Shown here: in pieces, positions 31,423 through 42,600 of the stretch
Position numbering within the stretch: position 1 is the stretch's first letter
Layout of the letters: each line of letters starts with the position of its first letter
IMG/VR virus record: IMGVR_UViG_3300014720_000001
Location: 1 to 64,000 of that record
Length of the DNA stretch: 64,000 nt
Strand: one strand, 5' to 3'
Program-made: the position numbers and the translations under genes
The notes under the pieces: model-generated
The model's database searches: none
Told to the model about the DNA's origin: nothing
Seen by the model: the letters and a program-made list of their open reading frames with translations, nothing else

Positions 31423-33147
31423 TTATTGACATGTGCCCGACACGAGCCGGGCTGTGGCGCCCAAATCGCTGACTAGTGATACCGGAATCTCGTCTGTTTG
31501 CGGCGCCATTCCCTTAAACCGTGTGACAGCTTCAAAAATGTCGGTTTCTGGGGTTATCTTATCTTTATCCGCCGTCAGCTCGAAAACCACGATCATTGCC
31601 GTTTGTGGCGGCAATAACTGACGTAGATGCCTAATATTGTACAATCCCAGCTGATCGAACCCTAGCGCGCCGACCGAGATTCTGACGACAAATACGTTGT
31701 TGCGCAATACGTTTTCAACGAGGAAACGCAGCGGGTTAATTGTCTTGGGTAGCTGGCTGGTTGTCGGTTCCGTTGCGGCATTAACACGCTTGTCGAGTAA
31801 ATGCGCCAGTGTGCCTATTTTTAGTTTTGCCGCGCAGTCGGGTTGTGTTTTGCGGAACTCGGCGGCCGCGACGCCGCGGGCGTGGACCTCATCAAAAAAG
31901 TATTCGACGTCCGCCGGGTAACCTCCCAGCCGAAACTTTACATATGTATACCCGCTCTCATGCTGCGCATTAACTTCGAGCGGCACGTTCCTGTTTTCAA
32001 ACACAAGATCGCCGTAAAAACACGACGACAGGAAACCGCTGTCAAGCGCCAGCGCGGCGAGAGTTTTACGCACCGGCTGACATTGCTCGTCGTTCGGGTC
32101 AACAAGCAATTCTTCTTCCGTTTCGGTCGTAAGCGTTTCCCACGCGTTGCTAGTCAAAATGTTGTTCGGCGGCGGGCAGCATAGCACCGCATTTTCATCT
32201 GGCCGGGCGTAAGTGTTGCCAACAAAAAATTCATGCACATCGACGCCGTGTACCAGCGGCGTGCCGGCCGTAATTGTTTGCTCGACTTCGACACGCGGGA
32301 CAGCGTTTTCTGGAAAACGGTATACAGCTTTATCGGTAACGATCAGCAGACCGCGATAGTCGTTATCAACACGCTCGACAGTCTCGACAGGGCCGACGCT
32401 GATTGGCAAACCACAGATCGCCGAAATGGCGGAGTCGATTATTGCTGCTGTAGCGCCGCCTTCGACTAGCCCAGAAATAACTGCATTTGTTAAATCTTTG
32501 TAGCCCTGACTTGTGCGCAGCTTGATACCGACCGCGTATGCAAACTGGTTGAACACGTTGTCGTAATCAAATTGACCACAAAAACTCCAGAGCGTAAGTT
32601 CTTCGTCGTCGCCGCTGTCTGTCGCAGGTCGTTTTGTAAATACGGGGTTGTCAAACGGATCTTTGACAAAAACAATTGCGCCGCGTTCTAAGTCGATCAG
32701 AAAGTCGACGTTTTTGACGAGTACGCCGGTCGGAAACGTGATGCGATTAAAAAGTTGCGTCACGTCAACGAGCGCGGACGGTAGCGGGAAAGAAAAAAAC
32801 GGCGCGTCGGTGGCGGCGTCAAAACGTAAATTGTTGTTGTTAAACACTTCGTTGCCGCGGTCAAGTCGCGCAATGGTCGTACGCGCTGAGTTACGTTCTG
32901 ATTTTTTGAGCACGAGCGGCGACAGTTTTTCTGTGTGAAACAGCGGAACGTCAAACCGACTTAACGCCTCAATTGTTTCGAGCAGGTTGTGGTACGTCTG
33001 GTTTGCAACGTGTGCTGTAGCGTCGACATACGAGTGAACCTGATCGACGCCGGTGTAAGTGCGCGCCCAAAAGCTGCCGAGCGCCGCAATCAAATTACGG
33101 CTGCGATCAAAGTCTGACCCCGGATATACAAACTCTGGTTTTTTCAT
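31423..33147 (-). CDS. baseplate wedge protein (gpI/gp7-like position)
   Basis: Directly downstream of baseplate J-like gene; ALGSFWARTY and IRHLRQLLPPQTAMIV motifs. Confidence 0.6.
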   Translation of the reverse strand: MKKPEFVYPGSDFDRSRNLIAALGSFWARTYTGVDQVHSYVDATAHVANQTYHNLLETIEALSRFDVPLFHTEKLSPLVLKKSERNSARTTIARLDRGNEVFNNNNLRFDAATDAPFFSFPLPSALVDVTQLFNRITFPTGVLVKNVDFLIDLERGAIVFVKDPFDNPVFTKRPATDSGDDEELTLWSFCGQFDYDNVFNQFAYAVGIKLRTSQGYKDLTNAVISGLVEGGATAAIIDSAISAICGLPISVGPVETVERVDNDYRGLLIVTDKAVYRFPENAVPRVEVEQTITAGTPLVHGVDVHEFFVGNTYARPDENAVLCCPPPNNILTSNAWETLTTETEEELLVDPNDEQCQPVRKTLAALALDSGFLSSCFYGDLVFENRNVPLEVNAQHESGYTYVKFRLGGYPADVEYFFDEVHARGVAAAEFRKTQPDCAAKLKIGTLAHLLDKRVNAATEPTTSQLPKTINPLRFLVENVLRNNVFVVRISVGALGFDQLGLYNIRHLRQLLPPQTAMIVVFELTADKDKITPETDIFEAVTRFKGMAPQTDEIPVSLVSDLGATARLVSGTCQ

Positions 33148-33149
33148 AG

Positions 33150-34865
33150 TCAGCTAGTCCACCCGCCGGCAACAACAGAAATTGACACATCTTGCGGGCT
33201 TGTCAGAAACGCAGTAGTGCGCGCTGTGACAAGTCGTGAGGGATCGTGCGGCACCTGCAGAATTGTGTTGTCGCGCACGTACGCTGTGGTGCCGTCTGGG
33301 CGGCGGATGCGTCCAAACATATCAATACTACCGAGCGCCTGCTGGCCGGTTAGATATTGATGCGCTGCAGTGCTGATAAGTGACGCGTGCAGCTGGCCAG
33401 TAAAACCTACTCCGGCCACGGCTTTGCTCACGGCTTTTTTAATAGCGTCCAAATCCGGCGACGGTTCCGCGGCCTGTTTGCGGATTTCAAATGAAATCTT
33501 TGTGAAACACGGCACTGGCGCTTTTACAAGTACGTCTGCGCCGCGCGCCCGAGTATCGCGCGCTGCCATGTAGTCTTGCAGCTCTGCTATCAACGGTAGC
33601 CCACTTGTCGTGACCAAATACAGCCGGCGCGTTTGATTTGCCGTCAGCGTTGAGTTGGGCTGGAGGTCTGGGTTTACAAACCGAATCGTAGCCGTCTGAT
33701 AACGGGTATATGCGCTTTCGGGCAGATACAGCAGATCTGGAATGAAATCAAAGTCTGAGAAGTCTACGTTCCGGTCGTCGCTGAGTACCGAATAGTTAAC
33801 CGGTGTTTCCGACAACGGATCAATGATTTGCGCAATTTCATAAAAGCCGGGAGCAAGGTCGCGTGCAATTGAAATCTGCCAGATCGTGCCCGTTGGGGCG
33901 CCGCCAACAAGCGCGTTGTCGTCGCACGGGCCGGATGTGTTCTGCGCGGGCGAATAGGGCCCGACGTACGTTGCTTCTAAAAGATGTTCGCGTTCTTGCG
34001 AGTAGGCGTTCGTGTGCGCATAGATATCAACTTTACCTCCGCCAGAAATCGGAAACAGGGAGTGTTGATCGCGCTGTTGTTCCGTGTCCCCGCAGCCGAG
34101 CACAGAAAAATGCAGAGTGTTGGCGAACACGGCTTGCGATTTAAGGGCAGCAATATAACTTTGCCGGCTGCCGATTGTTTTCGCTGCGAGGCCCGTCGAT
34201 AAACGGGTCAAATACTCGGCGTTTGTTGCGGCGTCACGCCCCTCGATAAAGTCGGTGCTTGCGTACAGATCTACGACGTTACTGATTGAACCCAGAGTCG
34301 TCAGCTTTGTGCGTCGCCTAATATTTCCGGCCGCGCCAACGTCGCTCGCGATGACGACGATGGTCGCCGCGTACGTGCCGTCGCCAACGGCAACCATTTT
34401 TCGTTGGTACGGCTCTGTGACAACCGCCGTAGGCGCTGTCGGCAGAATCGTAAAATTTTGAGTGGGCGAAAAGCTGATGCTGCCGTCTTCAAGCCCAAAG
34501 ATCGCGTCTGTTGTAATTTCAGTTTGAATGTCGGAGTTTAAAACAAGCGTGACGTAACCAACCGCGGGCGAGCCGTTGTCTCGCGCGACGTTAAAGTTAG
34601 ACAGCACTTGATCAACAACGTCGACGTCAGCCAGCTCGGGGTTTTCTGTGATCTTTAACAGGCTTTGACTCTGTTTGACGCGCTCGATGTTTTCTTGGAT
34701 TGCGGCGTTGAGCAAACCGTCGAAATACAGAACGAGGTCATGAAACACGCCGCGGGTCAGTTCAACTTCTGGGTGGCGCTCCGCCATCAGCTGCGACAAC
34801 GTCGCTACCATGGCTTGTACTTTTTCTGGGTTAAGTTGCGTGAGGCTTGAGATTTCGATGGGCAT
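33150..34865 (-). CDS. baseplate J-like wedge protein
   Basis: VIASDVGAAGNI...FIEGRDAATNAEYLTRL...IGSRQSY matches the baseplate J/gp6 pattern; start MPIEIS at 34865 with GGTG SD. Confidence 0.8.
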   Translation of the reverse strand: MPIEISSLTQLNPEKVQAMVATLSQLMAERHPEVELTRGVFHDLVLYFDGLLNAAIQENIERVKQSQSLLKITENPELADVDVVDQVLSNFNVARDNGSPAVGYVTLVLNSDIQTEITTDAIFGLEDGSISFSPTQNFTILPTAPTAVVTEPYQRKMVAVGDGTYAATIVVIASDVGAAGNIRRRTKLTTLGSISNVVDLYASTDFIEGRDAATNAEYLTRLSTGLAAKTIGSRQSYIAALKSQAVFANTLHFSVLGCGDTEQQRDQHSLFPISGGGKVDIYAHTNAYSQEREHLLEATYVGPYSPAQNTSGPCDDNALVGGAPTGTIWQISIARDLAPGFYEIAQIIDPLSETPVNYSVLSDDRNVDFSDFDFIPDLLYLPESAYTRYQTATIRFVNPDLQPNSTLTANQTRRLYLVTTSGLPLIAELQDYMAARDTRARGADVLVKAPVPCFTKISFEIRKQAAEPSPDLDAIKKAVSKAVAGVGFTGQLHASLISTAAHQYLTGQQALGSIDMFGRIRRPDGTTAYVRDNTILQVPHDPSRLVTARTTAFLTSPQDVSISVVAGGWTS

Positions 34866-34872
34866 GCAGCAC

Positions 34873-35346
34873 CTACGGTAAAGTAGCGACCGGTACAAGG
34901 ATCTCGCGCGAGTCGCCAGCCCGACTCGTAATGGCGATGCCGAGGTTCATGAACCCCGGCAACAATCCGACCGACAGCAGCTCGGCGTCATCAAGGCGCT
35001 CGTCGTCGGGCATTCCTTCATATTCTTCGTTTCGCAGTGTGACGCGAATACGCATGTTTGCGGCGTGAAACGTTTGCGTAACATTGAGCTGTGTTTTGAG
35101 CGTTCCTTGCCGCACAAACTTCATAAAATCACAACCGCGCTCGGGTAGTCCGGGCATAGACCCGCGCTCTGTTAAAAACTCTAACAGCCAGCGTTGCGCA
35201 AGCTTTTGCGGCCCGGCGCATATTTTGCCGGCGTTGTCGTTCGAATAAAGAACGAGATCGAGCCGGCCTGTACGCGACGAGCTGTCACGCTGCAGCGCAA
35301 GGAAGTCGTACTTTCTGTTTGCGTAGTCGGCGAGCGTCATGATCAC
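34873..35346 (-). CDS. baseplate wedge / sheath initiator (gp25/GPW-like)
   Basis: GPQKLAQRWLLEFLTERGS...PERGCDF; size and position directly upstream of baseplate J. Confidence 0.72.
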   Translation of the reverse strand: MIMTLADYANRKYDFLALQRDSSSRTGRLDLVLYSNDNAGKICAGPQKLAQRWLLEFLTERGSMPGLPERGCDFMKFVRQGTLKTQLNVTQTFHAANMRIRVTLRNEEYEGMPDDERLDDAELLSVGLLPGFMNLGIAITSRAGDSREILVPVATLP

Positions 35347-35813
35347 GACTTTCCTGCGTCAATGTGCGATTGCACGCCGTCTTTCAAAAAAGAAAACACA
35401 CTTTTCTTTGCCTGCCCGTGTCCGTCGAGCCGCCCGTGCATGAAGCATGCGCAACGAATCAAACTCGCGTGACGCAGCCGCCAGCCGCGCTCTTCTGTCG
35501 CCATAAAATCTGCTTGCCATTTCATAGCTACAAGATCGCCAGTTGTGCCGCCTTTGCGTCCGGGGCCAGCCAGCACACTCATCGAGTAAATCTGATTGAT
35601 GTTGTCCCGGTTCCAGCTCGGTTCGTGAAGGTTGGGTACGTCTAGTACTTCTTTGTCTTTCATCTCGTCGGGGGTGTGCCAGTCACGCGCGCCGTTCTGC
35701 TGGCGAAACGTTTCTGACATTTTTTGGGCGCGCTGCTCTAACTGGTTAACGCGCGCTTCAAATTTACCGTCCACCTGCCCGCGTGTTGTTCCAAGTCCTT
35801 CTGGTTTACCCAT
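35343..35813 (-). CDS. hypothetical protein (baseplate cluster)
   Basis: 156-aa ORF with AAGGA SD; 4-nt overlap with the next gene. Confidence 0.7.
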   Translation of the reverse strand: MGKPEGLGTTRGQVDGKFEARVNQLEQRAQKMSETFRQQNGARDWHTPDEMKDKEVLDVPNLHEPSWNRDNINQIYSMSVLAGPGRKGGTTGDLVAMKWQADFMATEERGWRLRHASLIRCACFMHGRLDGHGQAKKSVFSFLKDGVQSHIDAGKS

Positions 35814-35825
35814 GGTTGTATTTCC

Positions 35826-36638
35826 TTAAAAAGAACCCTGTGTGTACTGCTTGTCCAACATCGCTTGGATTTTTGCTGCGCGCTGGCTGACGGCACCGGG
35901 AGTAATGTTTAAGCGGCGCGCAATATCTTGCGTACTTGCTTTGCGCCGGCCGTTTCGTCCCAGCGTCATGTCGGCAATTAATTTGTCGACCGGGCCGAGA
36001 TCGTCATATACAAACTTAAACCACGCGTCAGCGGCCTGATTGCTGTTTGGAATTGTGCTGGCCACGTCGCCGCCGTAGCTTTCTTCGTCCATAACTTCTC
36101 GTGTCGTCATACCCTCAGATACTGGCTGATTGAACGCCCGAATTTTTTGAATACGACGGGTCGAGAGTCCGGTGGCGTCGGCGATTTCATCGTCACTTGG
36201 ATCGCGCCCAAGCTGATCGCGCAGCTCGTTCTCGCTTTCACTTAGGCGCGTGTAATCAAGCCCCACCTGTTCGGGTATTGATATGATATTCTGATTCTGC
36301 GCAGACAGGCGGCGGAGGCTCTGCAGTTGCGACAGTAAATGTGTGCGGACGTTGCCGCGGGCGGGGTCATAAGTATCGAGCGCTTTGAGCGCCATAAGCT
36401 TTGCGCGTGACCGGATTGTTGGACTTGCGGACTGTCCGGCGTAGCTCATAACGGCGGTATCAATTACAGGCTGCAGCGTCTGGAGCAGGGCGGTGCTCGT
36501 CTCCGGCGTTTTGTTCGCGGTCCACTGCGGATACAGATTGTCGAAGTCAGGGCTGACGCCAGCTGGCTTTTTCCCAGAAAACGGCGGCGGAGTATCCCCC
36601 AAGATCGAGGGCATGCCGGTTTGTGTTGTGTTTTTCAT
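35826..36638 (-). CDS. sigma-70 family RNA polymerase sigma factor
   Basis: Region 2 ALKALDTYDPARG...IISIP, region 3 ELRDQLGRDPSDDEIADATGLS, region 4 HTH STQDIARRLNITPGAVSQR; likely start at 36638. Confidence 0.85.
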   Translation of the reverse strand: MKNTTQTGMPSILGDTPPPFSGKKPAGVSPDFDNLYPQWTANKTPETSTALLQTLQPVIDTAVMSYAGQSASPTIRSRAKLMALKALDTYDPARGNVRTHLLSQLQSLRRLSAQNQNIISIPEQVGLDYTRLSESENELRDQLGRDPSDDEIADATGLSTRRIQKIRAFNQPVSEGMTTREVMDEESYGGDVASTIPNSNQAADAWFKFVYDDLGPVDKLIADMTLGRNGRRKASTQDIARRLNITPGAVSQRAAKIQAMLDKQYTQGSF

Positions 36639-36643
36639 ATCAA

Positions 36644-38269
36644 TCACTTCAGCGTATATCCGTCCCATTTGACGCCGGAATACAGCGGAGCCGTTGGATT
36701 TGTCAGGTTAGTAATTTTGTCTTCACGTTCGGTCCGTATGTACGACAAGTCAAACGACGTCCCGGCCAACGCGCGTTCGGCGTTGATCGCGTACGAGACC
36801 TTAGTTACGGCGGCTATTAAATCGCCTGTTTCGTCGAGTTCTGTATCGGGTAGTTTGATTTTAACAATACTGCCCGGCGCGATATCAAAACGCAGTTTAC
36901 CCGACAGCTCGCCGTATCGTTGACTTAAATATTCGGTTTGATAGAAGTGTTGCGCAAAACGCGTGCATACTTTGTTGGACATCGCGTTTGCAATTTCCGC
37001 CGGTTTTTTCCAGCCCGGCGGCAGGTTTGATTCGCCGGTCTGCGGCGCTAGACAATCGCCCGGGCGTTTACCCGCTTCGCCGGTGGTTGCGCCACTCATA
37101 ATCGGCCACGGCGACGTGTTCGCCAGCCACGTCGGCAAGTCTTTAAATAGCTTCAATCCCTGCGTCGTTGCCGCGCCGATACCTGCGCCCGGCGGAAACT
37201 GACCGCCCGGCTCCGAAAATCGGTCGCTGCTCTGGACGTCGCCGCCGAGGCCCAGCATAGGATCCTGCTGTCCCGGCCAAAAAACCGTGACGTTTTGGAT
37301 GAGCTGGTGCATAGTCGAGTTAAAGTTTGCGTAGCTGTAATCGTCGGCGTGAATTGTCAGCTTGTCACTACCGCTGAACTTTAACCCGCCAAAAAACGGA
37401 ACGACATACGCCTTATCGATGCACGGTGAAATAGCAAAGAAAAACTGCGGCGAGTAGTCGCCGGTAAGCGTGCTCCAAAACGTCGTATACGCAAACGATT
37501 CCAACGCGTCTTTTGTGAGCGCCGTGCGAATCGACTGCTCGATATTAAGGTCAAGATCGCTGACGTTTAACTTAAGCGGAACCGTGCCGCCTACGATATT
37601 TGGCGCCTCGTCTGGCATACGATCAAGCGCCTTCAGCGCCGCGTCGTTTGGGTCGCCAGCGGAGGTTTTGTAGCTCGCCATCTTTTTAAAGATCGGCTTA
37701 ATCACCTTGCCCCATAGATTGCCGTTAATATTGCCCTGATTAATGATCTGCTCGTTAGCGTCGATGATCGGAACCGACGACCACGTGTCGCCGTCTGTTT
37801 GCAGCGCTTCAAACGCGGCATTAGACGCCATGAGAAACGGCGCGTTTGGAAACCACTTACCGTTCAGCGCGGACGAGTTGTTCAGGTCGTCAAGCCAGTG
37901 CACGGCGTTGATGACGTAGTTGGCGCTGTTGTGCGAGCGTTGGTAACCGATGCTGACCAGAAACCCTTCAAATATCTTTATCTGACCGCTTTCCATTTTT
38001 TCGGTCTTGCCGGCTTTTGATGTCAGCGTTAACCACACCTCGACCTTATCGCGCGGCTTTAGCGTTTCTTTGGCGGTATGAATTTTCGCTTTCGTTTTGC
38101 GACCAGACCGCGCATCATGTCCTACCGCGACAGTAAGACTAGCCGTCGGAATAGTGTTGAGCGGAAACGACGCCGATATCGCAACGATATCGTTGTCAAA
38201 ATTAATCCCACCAATCGTGGCGCTAATTTTGTACTGCGTGTATACGTATGCTGGATTTAGCTCGGTCAT
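36644..38269 (-). CDS. baseplate hub protein (gp27/gpD-like)
   Basis: C-terminal GELSGKLRFDIAPGSIVKI...AVTKVSYAI...TSFDL pattern typical of hub proteins; position. Confidence 0.65.
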   Translation of the reverse strand: MTELNPAYVYTQYKISATIGGINFDNDIVAISASFPLNTIPTASLTVAVGHDARSGRKTKAKIHTAKETLKPRDKVEVWLTLTSKAGKTEKMESGQIKIFEGFLVSIGYQRSHNSANYVINAVHWLDDLNNSSALNGKWFPNAPFLMASNAAFEALQTDGDTWSSVPIIDANEQIINQGNINGNLWGKVIKPIFKKMASYKTSAGDPNDAALKALDRMPDEAPNIVGGTVPLKLNVSDLDLNIEQSIRTALTKDALESFAYTTFWSTLTGDYSPQFFFAISPCIDKAYVVPFFGGLKFSGSDKLTIHADDYSYANFNSTMHQLIQNVTVFWPGQQDPMLGLGGDVQSSDRFSEPGGQFPPGAGIGAATTQGLKLFKDLPTWLANTSPWPIMSGATTGEAGKRPGDCLAPQTGESNLPPGWKKPAEIANAMSNKVCTRFAQHFYQTEYLSQRYGELSGKLRFDIAPGSIVKIKLPDTELDETGDLIAAVTKVSYAINAERALAGTSFDLSYIRTEREDKITNLTNPTAPLYSGVKWDGYTLK

Positions 38270-39153
38270 CTGTGCAGCCTTGCTTGTTCCGTCCGATAAA
38301 TAAGCGCCAACACAAGCCCGGCCAGTCGATACGCCGGTAGCGGGTGATCAAACCAAACGTTTTTAAAGGTCTTGTACGGCTCTTCGTCCGTTACGCCAAA
38401 CAGTTCTAAGAACGCCGGCTCGCCAAGTATTTCGAGCGTGGGTAACAACGACGTAATCGCCGGGACGGGGTTTGCCGTAAGTTTGATGTACCACCGGCCG
38501 TCGTAAGTGTCAGGATCTGTTGGTAGCTCTGCCAGTTTGACGCGCACTTCCGTTTCTGGCAATGTCACCATCGGAATCACGTTCGGCACAAGCTGTTTTT
38601 CTTTAACGCGCAATTCATTCAATGCTTCGGCGCTGAGCGTCTGAAAATCTGCCGACAGTTCTTTAAGAAGCCGGTCGTCTGTTTCAATTAACAGATATCG
38701 ATCGTTTTGCTCTTCAAGCGCGATCGGCACTTCGTCGATGCCGACAAAACCGAGAGTATATTGCCGCTGCGCGCGCCCCGTGCCGTTATTCGCGATGAAA
38801 TCGCCGCCGATAGCGATGCTCCGCGGCGTGCCGCGTATTTGCGTGATCACGATCCCTGTGGGAAACTGAAACTCGGTTTCCAGCCGTTCGGGCCAATACG
38901 TGACGCGGCGATCAAGTTTGTATACATACTCTGCCAACTCTGTTTGATGAATGTAACTCATCAGCTCGCGCGCCCGCAGATTTAAAAACCGCTGGTCAGG
39001 TTGCGACCCGAACAAGATGCGGCGCAGCGTTTTTAGGTTTTGCGGCAACACAAACGGGCGATACTCGACAGGAATATACTCGTATCCCGCGAGTTGCTTG
39101 TCCGCGCTTTGCGCAAAAATATTAAGCAATAGCGTGCGTGCGTGATTGATCAT
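38266..39153 (-). CDS. tail/baseplate structural protein
   Basis: 295-aa ORF between tube initiator and hub; 4-nt overlap. Confidence 0.65.
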   Translation of the reverse strand: MINHARTLLLNIFAQSADKQLAGYEYIPVEYRPFVLPQNLKTLRRILFGSQPDQRFLNLRARELMSYIHQTELAEYVYKLDRRVTYWPERLETEFQFPTGIVITQIRGTPRSIAIGGDFIANNGTGRAQRQYTLGFVGIDEVPIALEEQNDRYLLIETDDRLLKELSADFQTLSAEALNELRVKEKQLVPNVIPMVTLPETEVRVKLAELPTDPDTYDGRWYIKLTANPVPAITSLLPTLEILGEPAFLELFGVTDEEPYKTFKNVWFDHPLPAYRLAGLVLALIYRTEQARLHR

Positions 39154-39157
39154 TGAA

Positions 39158-39610
39158 TTACTTCTTTGGCAGTACGTTGAAGCGGAGCGACCATTGCGCG
39201 ATGCCGGTTTGCGGATCTTGTACCTCGACGCGCATGCCGGTTAAAAACGCCCAAAAATTTGCGTCAGCGCATTCGCCGATATGCACAGACAGATCGCCTT
39301 TTTCTTTGATGCGATTAGCGGTGTAAAACTGGAACAGGTTGCAGATTCGCGCTGATGCTGCGCTGCCGCAAGTTTGTGAAAACCCGAAGCCGGACACCAC
39401 TAACTCGCCGATGCGGTCACCAAAAGCGTACACGTAAATAAAATCATTGACCGTGTGCAGAAACTGATAGTTGCCGTTTAGCTCTAGCGCAAACCCGGAA
39501 ATCGGCATCGTCAGCGTTGCGCCGAAGATTTCGACTTTAAATAGCGCATCGCCGGAGCAGCCGGGAATCTTGGCTACTGCGCCCGTACAGGGACTAAATA
39601 CTGCTGGCAT
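39158..39610 (-). CDS. tail tube initiator-like protein (tube paralog)
   Basis: NYQFLHTVNDFIYVYAFGDRIGELVVSG parallels tube-protein TVNFLYEIGSNNVYYVGNRRQGQCQL; directly after the tape measure gene. Confidence 0.6.
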   Translation of the reverse strand: MPAVFSPCTGAVAKIPGCSGDALFKVEIFGATLTMPISGFALELNGNYQFLHTVNDFIYVYAFGDRIGELVVSGFGFSQTCGSAASARICNLFQFYTANRIKEKGDLSVHIGECADANFWAFLTGMRVEVQDPQTGIAQWSLRFNVLPKK

Positions 39611-39617
39611 AGCGCAC

Positions 39618-42600
39618 CTACCTGTGATACGACCCGGTACCGCCAGCCATATCGACCGGTGTGCCGTCTGGGGTTTGTTCCATGTGTCTGCCGGCGGCCT
39701 GCATTACCGCCTCTGACAGACCCTTGAGCACAAGTGTGCCGTTGATCTGCATATTGCGGCCCTGCTCGTTTTCTTGCACGCCACGCTGCGCGCGCGAGGC
39801 TTGCGCTGCGTTTTGCTGTGTTACGGCTACAGAATCTTTTTCAGACGCCGCGAAAGCAGCTTGCGTTGTCTGAATTGCACGTACGCCTGTAGACGCCTGC
39901 TCGCCGCCCAACATCTGCATCGGGTCAATCGGCCGCGTTAACTCGTCGCGACGTTTCTGTAAAAACGTGCGTTGTTTTTTATCTTCGTCAGAAAACTGCA
40001 GTTCGCTGGTAAACCAGCCCGGCTTGCCGCGCGCCTCTATTTCCGCAAGCTGCTTATCTACTGTGCCGACGGGGTCGCCGGTGGCCGCTTCTTTCCGCTG
40101 TTGTTGCAGCCGATCGTATTTTTCTTTGTCTTCTTTCGAGAACTGCAGCTCGCTGGTAAACCAGCCGGACTTGCCGCGACCTTTAACCTCCGCGATTTGT
40201 TTATCAATTTGTTGTACGTGTTCCTGCCGTGTCGGTTGACCCAGCAATCGACGCATGCCGTCGATGTACAGGCCGGTCATATCGACGTTTTGTGACGTTA
40301 AGCCCGCTTCGGCTGGCGGCGTGCCGGCTGGCGCTTGTTTTGCTGCCCCACCCGGCACAAGCTTGCTGGCTTGGTGCTCGGACAGCGTTTTGTGGAGCCG
40401 GCTGGCGTTGTCGCGCTCTTCCTGCGACAACCACCGACTGGTTTTTGCGCTTTCTAACCCGCTAATACCTTTTTGCTGGTCTTCTGGCGAAAACTTATCG
40501 AACAGCTCGCGGGCGGCTCCGCCCGGAAGCGAGAGCAGCTGTTTCCGCTTTTCTGTGTTGTACATCGCGTCAGTAAGCGTGTCTGCGGTTGGACTCTGGC
40601 TGATCTCGTCGACAACTTTTTGTTGTTCTGCCGTTAGCTTAGCGTCGTCCGGAATTGCGGTTTCCGGGTTCTCAAGCGCCTTCTTGCGGGCTTGCAGGTC
40701 GTCCCAACGCTGCTGGTCGGCTTTGTTATCAAAACGGATGTCACTAGTTATCCAGCCCGTTTCACGACCGCGCTTTTTGAGGTCATCAAGTTGCGAGTTG
40801 ACGTAGCCGATATCGTTTTCCGCGTTGTTCTTTGCGCGGAATACGTCGAGTCCGTTTTCTTTTGCGGCAGACTGCGCGTGAGCGTAGACGTCGTTTAAAC
40901 GCTGAATACCCTCTTCGCCGGAACCGAACATCGCCTGCATGTGTTTCTTTGCCTGCTCTTCGGCGCGGGCCGGGACAGATCCCTCGCGCTCAAAGTGTTT
41001 AATCATCTCTTCCTTTAACCGCTTTTGCATAAACTTGGCGCGGTCTTCCGGTTTGGCGTCGACTTGGTCGCCCATTTCGTTGACGGCAATACCGGACGCT
41101 GTCTCGGCCGTAATGCGCATTAAGTCTTTTCGCCGCGCCGCAAACTGCTCGTCTGTCATACCAGCGGGCTTTAAGTCGGCGTCGGCGCGCCGGTTATAGT
41201 CTTGCTCCAGTTGTTCAAATACGCGTTTGCTGGCATCACGGGTAACTTCGTTTGTCTTCGCTACCGGGCGATCCTGCGCTTCCGTTACTTTTTGTGCAGT
41301 TTGGTCTAGTCCGACATGCGCCAGCCCGCCGAACTCTTGTGACGCTCGCAGCGCGCGCGACATAGCGCGCGCTTCTTCTTGCTTTTCGTCAGTAAGTTTG
41401 CCGCCAAAAAACCCGCCCTGCATTTTCTTTTCAAACGCCGTCGTATCTTTGTCGAGCGCTGCTGTTGCAAACTCTTCAATTTGTTTCTGACTGGCGTTTG
41501 GCCCAAGCACGGACTCTGCCATCGCGCGCGCGCCGGCGGCGACATCTTCTTTTTTGCCGGTGTTATACGCTTTGATAATCGTGCCCGAGCGGCGACGTTG
41601 CGCTTCGTTTTTAGCTTGCTGTTCTGGTGTGCTGCCAGCGGCTTGCTCGCCACGGGCCATGACAGCGCGCGAATACAGTGTTTGCTGCTGCTCTTCGGTC
41701 AGCTGCTCGTCTGGCTTGAACCCGGCCATCATCTTTAGTTCTCGGGCGGCCGGGCCGTTGGGGTCTTTCTGCGCTTCCTCGTGCAGCTTCTGAATCTGTT
41801 CTGGCGACACGGTCGCACTTGTATACATCTTGGCTGCGGCAACTAAACCCTCTTGCATGTCGGGCGCATATTTTTGCAGCATCTGGTCTTCAGACATGAT
41901 GTTGAAAACGTGCTTCAACGAGTCTGTGCGCGTACGCGCGTTATCAGATGCGATGTTATTTAACTCGTCGCCGACTCGCTGCGTAAACGTAGATTCAGTT
42001 CCCATGGCCGCGTCATTAAAGCGCTCAGCCCGCCGTTCGTTTACTTTTTGTCGCGCTTCGGCGTCGCGTTCAACAGACTTGTTTCGAATCTGTTTCTGCG
42101 CCTCAATGTTGAGCCCTGTACGTTGCTGCAGAATTGCGCTCGACTCGGTGTAGATTGAGCGCATGTTTTCTTTGCGGGTTTCTGGGTCGGCGCCGTATAA
42201 CGCATTGAAGTATGATTCGGCCCTAGCGTCTGCCGCTCGCTTGTTTAGCCCGCCGCCGTCTTTGCTCTGGAAGTAATTTGACAATTCTTCCTTGCCGCGC
42301 TGTTCTAGTTTGGCGTCGATCTGCTCGCTGGTCATGTCCTTTGTTTCATTGAGCGCGACGTCGAGCATGCGATTGGCCAGATTTGGCGCAATCGTTTCTT
42401 TTTGTTTTGCAAACTCTTCGTCCGTCATGCCCGCGGGCTTCACAGCGTTAAACTGCGCGTCGGTCATGCGATCGGTGAGCACGGCTGACTGGCGCTGCGC
42501 TAGCCGGTTTTGGTGCATGTAGGTCTGGCCTTTGTAGGCATAACCTTCTTGCACAAACGGCTGCAATCCCTGCCGGTCCATTTGATACGCTCGGAACAAC

